Below are positions 49,528 to 57,390 of a stretch of 57,390 bases of DNA, piece by piece. A model generated the notes under the pieces. It searched no databases and was not told the origin of the DNA. It saw only the letters and a list, made by a program, of their open reading frames with translations. The DNA is from Bdellovibrionales bacterium RIFOXYD12_FULL_39_22. Its GTDB lineage: Bacteria; Bdellovibrionota; Bacteriovoracia; Bacteriovoracales; Bacteriovoracaceae. Positions within the stretch are counted from its first letter, which is position 1. Each line of letters starts with the position of its first letter. The position numbers and the translations under genes are program-made. The stretch covers positions 1-57,390 of the forward strand of contig MEQL01000008.1 of the NCBI GenBank assembly GCA_001770205.1, given 5' to 3'.

Positions 49528-51042
49528 ATGAATTACGGCCATCAAACACAAACTTCAAATAACAAACATAATGATGAGATTCATCATCACCGTTATATTT
49601 TACGAAATGTTGCTCACAAGGCAATGATTGAACACAAATTACTACTAGATTTTTCTCCGGAGGCCATTTCACAACTTGCTCTAATTGAGGCATCATCACC
49701 CTATCCAGAAAAATCAATTATTGATTTGCGCCAATTCCCATGGTGTTCAATCGATAATGATGACTCCATGGATTTGGATCAGCTTACTGTGGCGCAAATT
49801 AATTCTAACGAAAAAAACATAGTGAAAATATTAGTGGCCATTGCTGATGTTGACGCTTTTGTACGAAAAGGTTCACCTCTTGATAATCACGCCAAGGCAA
49901 ATACCACCTCCATATATACGGCCGCAGAAGTTTTTCCGATGTTCCCAAACAAACTTTCAACAAATCTAACCTCATTAAACCCAGATCAAGATCATCAGGC
50001 CATAGTGATAGAAATGGACATTTCCCTAGAAGGAAAAATTACAAAAACAAACATCTACCAGGCCATGGTGCACAACTATGCAAAGCTAACATATAACAGC
50101 GTTGCCGCATGGTTAGAAGACAAAGGCCCGATTCCGGAGTCTGTAGGAAAAAACGTACATCTCTCCGCAAACATTATATTACAAGACAAGATCGCACAGC
50201 TTTTACGAGAAAATCGTCATAAGCTTGGTGCCTTAGATTTTGAAACGATTGAAGCACACCCAATCTTTCATGAAAATACTATTTCCTCTCTAGAAATAGA
50301 ATTTAAAAATCGGGCCAAAGAACTAATTGAAGATTTTATGGTGGCCGCCAATAGTGTCTCTGCTAAATATTTAAAAAGTGCAGGTGTTCCATCTTTTCGC
50401 CGAGTAGTTCGTCACCCAAAAAGATGGGATCGGATTATAAGCGAGGCCGCAAAATATAAATATGAACTGCCAACCACCCCTAACGCTTCTTCTCTTGCGG
50501 CATTTTTAAATCGGCAAAAAATTCTTGATCCAATGAGATTTCCCGATCTTTCATTAACCATTATTAAACTTCTGGGTAAAGGAGAGTATGTAGTAGAGTT
50601 TCCGGAGGAAAAAGAAATTGGGCATTTTGGTCTGGCAGTTATGGACTACACCCATTCAACGGCCCCCAATAGACGTTTTCCAGATCTGATTACTCAACGC
50701 ATGTTAAAAGGTATTTTAAAAAATGAGATCGTTGCATACAATAGTGATGAGTTAATTGAATTAGCACAGCATTGTACTGACAAGGAAGATGATGCAAATA
50801 AAGTAGAACGCCGAGTGGCAAAATCAGCTGGAGCACTTATACTCTCTTCAAAAATAGGAAAAACATTCAGTGCAATATGTACCGGTGCTGCCGAAAAAGG
50901 AACTTGGGTACGCATTATCAATCCACCGGTTGAAGGCAGAATGATGTATGGCCATGAGGGCATTGATGTTGGCGATAAATTACAAGTAACACTAATTCAT
51001 ACCGATGTAGAAAAGGGATTTATTGACTTTAAGCGTGCCTAG
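49528..51042 (+). CDS. RNB-domain exoribonuclease (short RNase II/R type)
   Basis: SIDNDDSMDLDQ, AIADV, LIEDFMVAAN, HFGL, YTHSTAPNRRFPDL; start uncertain (49462 or 49528). Confidence 0.9.
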   Translation: MNYGHQTQTSNNKHNDEIHHHRYILRNVAHKAMIEHKLLLDFSPEAISQLALIEASSPYPEKSIIDLRQFPWCSIDNDDSMDLDQLTVAQINSNEKNIVKILVAIADVDAFVRKGSPLDNHAKANTTSIYTAAEVFPMFPNKLSTNLTSLNPDQDHQAIVIEMDISLEGKITKTNIYQAMVHNYAKLTYNSVAAWLEDKGPIPESVGKNVHLSANIILQDKIAQLLRENRHKLGALDFETIEAHPIFHENTISSLEIEFKNRAKELIEDFMVAANSVSAKYLKSAGVPSFRRVVRHPKRWDRIISEAAKYKYELPTTPNASSLAAFLNRQKILDPMRFPDLSLTIIKLLGKGEYVVEFPEEKEIGHFGLAVMDYTHSTAPNRRFPDLITQRMLKGILKNEIVAYNSDELIELAQHCTDKEDDANKVERRVAKSAGALILSSKIGKTFSAICTGAAEKGTWVRIINPPVEGRMMYGHEGIDVGDKLQVTLIHTDVEKGFIDFKRA

Positions 51043-51063
51043 ACAACACTTTTTGAAAAAAAC

Positions 51064-51095
51064 AACGTTGAATGAACATCATTTCATTCAACGTT
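51064..51095. terminator. Perfect 13-bp inverted repeat after the RNB gene
   Basis: AACGTTGAATGAA-catcat-TTCATTCAACGTT. Confidence 0.6.
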
Positions 51096-51172
51096 TGGTC
51101 TTTGCATAAAAAAAAGCGCTACTATAAACAACACGTTTACAATTAAATGACACTATCAAAGGGAGGTCGATT

Positions 51173-51367
51173 ATGTTGTATGCTTCAGTTACATTTTTTT
51201 TAATTGGTTTATTTGCCTATATTTTAGGTGCTTATAACATTGCTGGGCTATCACTAGATATTGGGAAAATTGCGTTTTTTATTTTTATCGCATTATCTAT
51301 ATTAAGCTTTTTCATCAACCTAATTACCGGCAAAAAATCCAAAACAGATATAACAAATCTTTATTAA
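51173..51367 (+). CDS. DUF1328 (UPF0391) small membrane protein
   Basis: GGAGG RBS; MLY..VTFF.I.L.A..LG...IAG....I.KI.FFIF. Confidence 0.85.
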   Translation: MLYASVTFFLIGLFAYILGAYNIAGLSLDIGKIAFFIFIALSILSFFINLITGKKSKTDITNLY

Positions 51368-51376
51368 AATGATTCA

Positions 51377-52555
51377 ATGAACATATTAGATGACAATCGT
51401 TTTTCAAAAGTTTCTTTCTTCATATTATTTCTTATAATAATTATTATTTCATATAAAATAGTTGCACCTTTTATTTTATCTATTGTCGCCGGCGCACTTT
51501 TAGCTCAACTTCTGCGGCCATTACAAAATTCATTAATCAAAAAAAATGTAAATCCAACACTCTCGGCATATCTTATTTTAATTTTTTTTATAATTCTAAT
51601 GATCGTTCCTCTTTTCTTCTTTACCCAAATGTTAATAACTGAAACTGGTAGATTTACGCAATATATTTCTTCGACAGATATCTCGTTTAAATCAGTGCCT
51701 AAATTTTTAAAGGACTGGCCAATTTTTCACTCTTTCATTTCCAATCAATCTTCTCTGGACGCTCAAATAACAAGTGCTTTAAAATACTCTGCCGAAGTGG
51801 CCAGTAACGTTGTCTTATACTTGGCCACGAAACTTACCAGTTTTATGATCGACACTCTTTTTACTTTAGTCAGTTTTGTAGTTTTCCTTTTAAACGGCCC
51901 CCGAATTAAAATCTTTATTTCAAACTTAATCCCTCTACATGACTACATAAAAAAAGGTCTACTCGATTCTTCCAACAAAATTTCATCCATGGCCTTTATG
52001 GCATCTTTACTCGCAGCTGTAGCACAATCAATTATAGTATTTTTTAGTTTTTTACTTTTAGATATTCCCAACGCTTTTTTGGCATTTGGATCAACCTTCC
52101 TTTTTTCATTTACTCCAATTATTGGATCCGCTCCAGTATGGGTGGCCGGAATGATATATCTTACTTTAAAGGGTACCGCACAGCAGATTATTTTCATGAT
52201 CACTATCGGAATAATATTAGGTGTTGTTGATAATTTAATCAGAGCATATTTATTGACTGGCCCAAAAGATAATCTCCATCCCTTTATTGGACTTCTTTCT
52301 ATAATGGGTGGAATACAGGTTTTTGGCCTTCTCGGAATCCTGGTAGGTCCGATTGTGGCAGCGCTGTTACTTTCCATGTGTAGAGTTTGGCCATCTGTTT
52401 TAGAAAAGCAAAATATAACAAACCTCTATCTTCAACAAAAAAATAATACGGCCCGAATAAGAAAAATACGGCCATTTATAAATTTGAAAAACTCAAAACC
52501 TATTTTCGCAAAAGGGAATCAGACGAGAAATAAAGAATCAACAATTCATCAATGA
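51377..52555 (+). CDS. AI-2E family transporter
   Basis: Multi-TM; PIIG, DNLIR, GG...FG..G..VGP. Confidence 0.88.
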   Translation: MNILDDNRFSKVSFFILFLIIIIISYKIVAPFILSIVAGALLAQLLRPLQNSLIKKNVNPTLSAYLILIFFIILMIVPLFFFTQMLITETGRFTQYISSTDISFKSVPKFLKDWPIFHSFISNQSSLDAQITSALKYSAEVASNVVLYLATKLTSFMIDTLFTLVSFVVFLLNGPRIKIFISNLIPLHDYIKKGLLDSSNKISSMAFMASLLAAVAQSIIVFFSFLLLDIPNAFLAFGSTFLFSFTPIIGSAPVWVAGMIYLTLKGTAQQIIFMITIGIILGVVDNLIRAYLLTGPKDNLHPFIGLLSIMGGIQVFGLLGILVGPIVAALLLSMCRVWPSVLEKQNITNLYLQQKNNTARIRKIRPFINLKNSKPIFAKGNQTRNKESTIHQ

Positions 52556-52570
52556 CAACATTTGATAGAT

Positions 52571-53359
52571 TTACCACGATGGCAGATAAAAACCAAGGCC
52601 AATTCGAAATGCAAAATGATTGTGGTTATAATCTAGTAAATTCTCACCATAACCATGAAAAACTTGAAAAACTATGGCCGGAGCAATTATTTTTACAGTG
52701 GTTTTGCACCTAAATGTTAACTCCTGTCCGCCTAAAAGTGGGTTTGTGTAGGACGGCCCACCAGGATAAAGTCGCAGCATCAAATCGTTTGCGCCGAAAA
52801 ACGTACCAGAAGAATTTATAATATTATTTAGTGCAATTTGTAATTCCCAGGCACCGCGGTATCTTGATAGGTCTTCATTGGTTAGGCCATAACCAAAGGG
52901 AATCCAACCTTTAATTGACCACTCCATTTTAATTTGTTCACCAATCTTTCTCGCCGAATGGTAAAGAATATAAGCACGATTCCATGCTCGTGATATTTCG
53001 CTATCTCGGCCATTGGATTCATGCTCAATAATTCCAATATTAATCCATTGGAAAGATTTTTTTTTAATATAAAAACGATAAAAAAGTTCTGGATTATAAT
53101 TTAAATCTCGCATCGGTGACGATAATTTTGTGATATCCCACATCATAATTTGAGTATAGCCAAAGTAAAGATTAATAGGTTCTATAAACTGAATTTGAAA
53201 ACTAAACTGTATTTTGGTATCTGGAGTTCCAACTAAAAAGTATATCAGCCTATATTGCTGCAAAGGAAGAAGAAGTAATTCTTCTTCCTTTGCGAAAGTT
53301 GTTGAGATAAAAAACAGCACTACGATAAACCAAGCTGCGTGGGGTAGATTAAAATTCAT
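52571..53359 (-). CDS. Outer-membrane phospholipase A1 (OMPLA family)
   Basis: K.QFS, YTQ..W, SSP.RD.NYNPE, HESNG, SRAWNR, GYGENLLDYN. Confidence 0.88.
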   Translation of the reverse strand: MNFNLPHAAWFIVVLFFISTTFAKEEELLLLPLQQYRLIYFLVGTPDTKIQFSFQIQFIEPINLYFGYTQIMMWDITKLSSPMRDLNYNPELFYRFYIKKKSFQWINIGIIEHESNGRDSEISRAWNRAYILYHSARKIGEQIKMEWSIKGWIPFGYGLTNEDLSRYRGAWELQIALNNIINSSGTFFGANDLMLRLYPGGPSYTNPLLGGQELTFRCKTTVKIIAPAIVFQVFHGYGENLLDYNHNHFAFRIGLGFYLPSW

Positions 53360-53365
53360 CTAATT

Positions 53366-54622
53366 CTACTGTGTAACAATTTGCGGTGTAATAACGATGT
53401 CAACCCTCCGATTTTCTGCTTTTCCCTGAACTGTCTTATTTGAAGAAAGTGGCATTTCATAACCACGTCCAACAGATAATACGCTGCTTTCATTTACCGC
53501 CCCAGTTGAAACAAGATAGGCTGAAACGATTTTAGATCGCGCTAAAGATAGTTTATGGTTTAATCGTGGGCCACCATCAGAGTCTGAATGGCCCTCAACT
53601 ACCACTTTCGGATTTTGAAATTCCTTAAGCGCTTGAGTCACTTTAGATAAAAGTAAAAAATTAGAAGTTTGAAGCGCTGATTCGTTTGCTGGAAATTTAA
53701 GAGCACGAAGACGAATCACCACTTGATTTCCTTTCCGATATACTTCTGCTTCATTCTTTGTAAATACACTCCTGACCGCTTCAAATCGGCGATCCAAGTT
53801 TTCATCTGGATCATTGATTAACTGACTCTCCTGAAGCAAGGCCGTTTCTTCCGATATAATATTCTTGCCGACCTTGACGGCGCGAGTGATTTTCAAAAGA
53901 TGATTTGCCGCAAGCATGGTATCTTCTGAACGCTTTTTGATTTCATCAGACTGGTGTCGATGAGTTATAATGAATGCTTCGGTTTCATCTGTTCTTTTTT
54001 CAGCAATGGCCAGACTTCGTTTAGCGTAATTTTTTGCTCCTTCCTCAACTGCCGCGGCGATTACTGCACGAGCAGAGCCAATATTTACTTGTATGATTGC
54101 ATCCAGTTCAATTCCTAAATACTCTGCCTGCAATTTTCCACTATTTCCAGCGACACCACTTAAATCGTTTTTTTCTATCTTCGAAGTTACCTCCAATAAT
54201 CTGGCATCTATTTTATTAAAATTATCTGGAAAGTGCTTAAATGCTCCAGCAATGATGGCAGATTGTCTGGCAGACATAACTTTTCCTATATTAACTCTTG
54301 TAACCGCAGCTCGTTTATTGGCATAATCCAATTGGGCACGTCCAACAGCAACTTCATGTAAAGTCTCCTTTGAACTCTTGCCTTTTTGTTGAGCAGAAAT
54401 TGCCAGCGTCAATCGCTCCTCTGCCCGTTGATAGGACAATGGGGCCATGGCATTAATCTGATCCTTTTGTGCTTTTTGCATATCATGCATGAAACTTTGA
54501 ATTTCTACGCTAGGATTGGCGGTATCCGCAAATTCATGAACCGGAAGAGATGTTGCACATCCACTTATTCCGCAAATGATGGCCATTATGGCCGCTAATT
54601 TTTTAATATTATTTATTAACAT
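53366..54622 (-). CDS. OmpA-family lipoprotein
   Basis: Lipobox ISGC; VEGHSDS.G...N..LS..R, NRRVDI. Confidence 0.9.
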   Translation of the reverse strand: MLINNIKKLAAIMAIICGISGCATSLPVHEFADTANPSVEIQSFMHDMQKAQKDQINAMAPLSYQRAEERLTLAISAQQKGKSSKETLHEVAVGRAQLDYANKRAAVTRVNIGKVMSARQSAIIAGAFKHFPDNFNKIDARLLEVTSKIEKNDLSGVAGNSGKLQAEYLGIELDAIIQVNIGSARAVIAAAVEEGAKNYAKRSLAIAEKRTDETEAFIITHRHQSDEIKKRSEDTMLAANHLLKITRAVKVGKNIISEETALLQESQLINDPDENLDRRFEAVRSVFTKNEAEVYRKGNQVVIRLRALKFPANESALQTSNFLLLSKVTQALKEFQNPKVVVEGHSDSDGGPRLNHKLSLARSKIVSAYLVSTGAVNESSVLSVGRGYEMPLSSNKTVQGKAENRRVDIVITPQIVTQ

Positions 54623-54660
54623 AAAATATCTCCCACTAAAGTATTTACTAACCCCAATAT

Positions 54661-55977
54661 TTATAATGAATCACTATTGGGATAAAATTCACTACTTTGT
54701 TCAGGTTTTATAAGTACATCGATTCGTCGATTTTGTGCTCTTCCGTTTGAAGTTTTATTATCCGCCAATGGCCTTTGATAGTCGTATCCGATGGCCTTAG
54801 CATTAGTAATAAGGCCTTCTTGCGAGTTAGAAAGTAAATATTTTGTTACAGCTTGGGCCCTCTCTATTGAAAGTTTCTCGTTTAATGCTCTCCCCCCTCT
54901 TGAATCTGTATGCCCTTCAACAATCACGGAACTTCTTCCGAAGTTATGTATAATTCTTTGAACTTTGGCCAAAATCGCTACACTCTTGCTATTTAATACA
55001 CCATTGCCAAGTGGGGAATTTAATCCTTTCAACCGAATAATAACGGTATTGCCCTGTTTATAAACTTCTGCTTCATCAACAGAAAAAGATGAACGCGCCT
55101 CTTCAAAACGTCTGGCAAAAACTTGCCTTGATTGTAAGTTTAGATTTTCAGCGACTAATACATTAATCGCATTATTTCCAATGGCAACTTCTTCTGGTGA
55201 AGCACTTTTACCTGCTTTTGTGTCACGGGTAATTTGCAACAAAAAGTTAGCACTTTTTAAGGTTTCATCAGCGCGCATATTTATGTTGTCGCTATCATCT
55301 CGATGCGCAGTAATATATGCATACGTATCCTGTACATTTTTTTCCGCAAGAGCAAGACTTTGGGGGGCAAAAACCTTGGCGCCCTCAATAACGGCCTGCT
55401 CTATAGTATCGTTTGCCTTTTTCAATCTTGCTTGTTTTATTGCACGAAGTTCTAGATCCATATAATTTAATTGCAGTTCGCTACGATTTTTTACCACACT
55501 TTCAGATTTATTTTTTTCAATGTCTTCAGTTTCATCTTTTAAAAGATTGTCAGCATGTTTAAAGTCTGCCGAAAAAAAAGTTTGGGCCCCAGACATAATT
55601 GCCTTTTGACGAGCAATCACAACATCACCAATCTTGGTCCGTGCAAGTTCTGCTAACTCGTTAGCGCGATTAAGATACGCTTGGCCTTTTGAAATGTAAT
55701 ACAGCGTCTCTGTCGGTTTCTCCTTTTGAGACAAAGATTTTTTTGCATCCTTTAAATAGTCTTCTGCTGTTTTAAAACTTTCTGGAGCTAAAACATTTAC
55801 TTGTTCTTCTTTGGCCTGACCGATTCCGATGTTAAATTTTACTATTTCACTATCGGGATTTGCGCTGGCCGATAATTCATTAACTACGGGTTCGTGACTA
55901 CATGACCAGACAATAAGCACGATTACGCCAAGGACTATTGTCTTTTTAATTCCATTTTTCAATTGTCGATTAAACAT
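54661..55977 (-). CDS. OmpA-family lipoprotein, paralog of the neighbour
   Basis: Lipobox VWSC; VEGHTDS.G...N..LS..RA, NRRIDV. Confidence 0.9.
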   Translation of the reverse strand: MFNRQLKNGIKKTIVLGVIVLIVWSCSHEPVVNELSASANPDSEIVKFNIGIGQAKEEQVNVLAPESFKTAEDYLKDAKKSLSQKEKPTETLYYISKGQAYLNRANELAELARTKIGDVVIARQKAIMSGAQTFFSADFKHADNLLKDETEDIEKNKSESVVKNRSELQLNYMDLELRAIKQARLKKANDTIEQAVIEGAKVFAPQSLALAEKNVQDTYAYITAHRDDSDNINMRADETLKSANFLLQITRDTKAGKSASPEEVAIGNNAINVLVAENLNLQSRQVFARRFEEARSSFSVDEAEVYKQGNTVIIRLKGLNSPLGNGVLNSKSVAILAKVQRIIHNFGRSSVIVEGHTDSRGGRALNEKLSIERAQAVTKYLLSNSQEGLITNAKAIGYDYQRPLADNKTSNGRAQNRRIDVLIKPEQSSEFYPNSDSL

Positions 55978-56281
55978 ATATTTCTCCTGTGTTTTACTTT
56001 AGGATGAGAGTACTGCCCTTCACCGAACTGTAATTGTAGTTTCCCACATACGCCCTCCTCACGTATTGAGTTCCATGGCCATACCACAAATAACTATAGA
56101 GCAAATTTCTAACTCATCCGCTTAAGCTGATTTAAATTTTTACTGTAAGGCAATCGGAGACTAACATACGATCTAATTGAAAGACCCAACACCAAATGAA
56201 ATAGTGTTCATCCTTATAATTTTGATTGAATATATTAAATCTTTCAACGAGTATCTTAAAAGATGAAATCGGGAGTTATCT

Positions 56282-57169
56282 ATGAAAGATCCTTATGAAG
56301 TTTTAGGTGTTTTAAAAAAAGCATCGTTAGCTGATATTAAAAAAGCATATCGAAATCTCGCAAAAAAACATCACCCCGATCTTAATCCAAGAAGTAAAAA
56401 AGAATCCGAGAAAAAATTCAAAGAAATTATTCATGCTTATGAACTAATTGGAACTGCTGAGACAAAATTTAAGTTTGATCATGGGGAAACAGAAGAGCAA
56501 CAAGTTAACGTTCGAAAACAATATGAAGAATTCATGCGAAATTCTCACCTAAATAAGCAGTCTCATGGCCATTATTCTTCTGATTTTGATTATGGCATTG
56601 ATCCTAATGATTTCGAGCAAATGTTAAAAAGGTTCAGACCGCAAACAACTACAAGTGATTTTTTACACCAAGACGAATTATATGGCCTTGATGTTGAGTT
56701 CAAAGAGGCGGCACTTGGAGGCAAAAAAGTAATCACTCTGCCTAATGGCAAAAATCTCGAAGTGATAATACCTGCGGGAATCGTAGAGGGGCAAAAATTA
56801 AAGCTAAAGGGACTGGCAAGTACTGGTGGAAATGTCTTAGTTCAAATAAGCATTCGCCCAATGATAAATTTTAAAAGTGAGGGAAAAGATATTCATTCTG
56901 AACTTGCGATAAGCTTTTTTGAAGCAATATCTGGTGCGGAAATTAGCGTTCCTACTATTCGCGGCAGTGTGATGCTAAAAATCACCCCCGGGGTCAGTAC
57001 AGGTTCAAAACTTCGCATTAGACAAAATGGAATTGGTGTCATTGGTTCGCGAGGTGATCATATTGTCACAATTAAAGTCACAATGCCAAAAAAAATTGAC
57101 CCGCTCCTCGCGGATGCTATCATGGCAATTGAAAAAAAATTTTCTTATAATCCCAGAATAGCATTGTGA
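56282..57169 (+). CDS. DnaJ class B / CbpA-like co-chaperone
   Basis: J domain with HPD, DnaJ_C domain, no CxxCxGxG zinc finger. Confidence 0.9.
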   Translation: MKDPYEVLGVLKKASLADIKKAYRNLAKKHHPDLNPRSKKESEKKFKEIIHAYELIGTAETKFKFDHGETEEQQVNVRKQYEEFMRNSHLNKQSHGHYSSDFDYGIDPNDFEQMLKRFRPQTTTSDFLHQDELYGLDVEFKEAALGGKKVITLPNGKNLEVIIPAGIVEGQKLKLKGLASTGGNVLVQISIRPMINFKSEGKDIHSELAISFFEAISGAEISVPTIRGSVMLKITPGVSTGSKLRIRQNGIGVIGSRGDHIVTIKVTMPKKIDPLLADAIMAIEKKFSYNPRIAL

Positions 57170-57306
57170 TTCATAGGTGATCGGTATTTTTCATGTTGCG
57201 TGTCAACTAAGAGTTTGCCTGTGGAACAAAGCTGCTGAAGGGGCATTTAGAGTCGACGGCCAAGGTACCGACATGCCTTTCCTTAAGATATTATAAATTT
57301 TTTCAT

Positions 57307-57390
57307 TTAATATAGATCCATTACTGTAGGATTCTTAAATTTCTTTTGCGGATTTTTTAGCACGTATTGCAGGGCGATTTTAATCTCGCG
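57307..57390 (-). mobile_element. Probable 3' end of a Y1 (RAYT/IS200-like) transposase, cut by the window edge
   Basis: Translates to REIKIALQYVLKNPQKKFKNPTVMDLY*. YVxxNP resembles the catalytic-Tyr helix; an imperfect hairpin lies just downstream. Confidence 0.45.

Noticed and set aside
51348..52429. Imperfect 17-nt repeat (ATATAACAAA.CT.TAT, both encoding ITNLY) near the ends of the DUF1328 and AI-2E genes
   Set aside because: Short, AT-rich and mismatched; likely chance, with no mobile element to explain it.
396..55465. Many 60-155 aa ORFs in the track that lie antisense to or out of frame within long genes
   Set aside because: They are shadows of well-supported CDS, with no recognisable motifs.
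1..57390. CRISPR array, rRNA, riboswitch, prophage structural genes, known defence systems
   Set aside because: No spaced repeats or recognisable motifs were seen. The PLD has a signal peptide, so a Zorya/DISARM/restriction-type nuclease role is unlikely.

Overview
AT-rich bacterial chromosomal segment. The gene content (GltC/CglF-like gliding proteins, a degenerate HD-GYP regulator, many secreted Cys-containing hypotheticals) suggests a Bdellovibrionota/Bacteriovoracia-like organism; this is inference only. It holds a tRNA-Ser(CGA) and about 40 CDS: GH57/GT4, ade, uup, phnCDE, mscS, corA, dksA-like, tatD/tcdA, a tandem ATP-grasp ligase with DmpA, pyrB, a Pls-type membrane NRPS, an Ig-repeat lipoprotein, a secreted PLD/permuted NlpC-P60 trio, a stress/envelope block, and a probable Y1 (RAYT/IS200-like) transposase tail at the right edge. 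No CRISPR array or rRNA was seen. Best leads: (1) an epsilon-poly-lysine-synthetase-like A-T-TM enzyme with an unusual pocket, stop-start coupled to an aspartate carbamoyltransferase and preceded by a Ser-to-Asn pseudo-hydrolase; (2) strong window-wide over-representation of GGCC, reminiscent of HIP1; (3) the double ATP-grasp/DmpA pair; (4) the exported lipid-enzyme trio. All calls come from reading motifs by eye; no database search was run.
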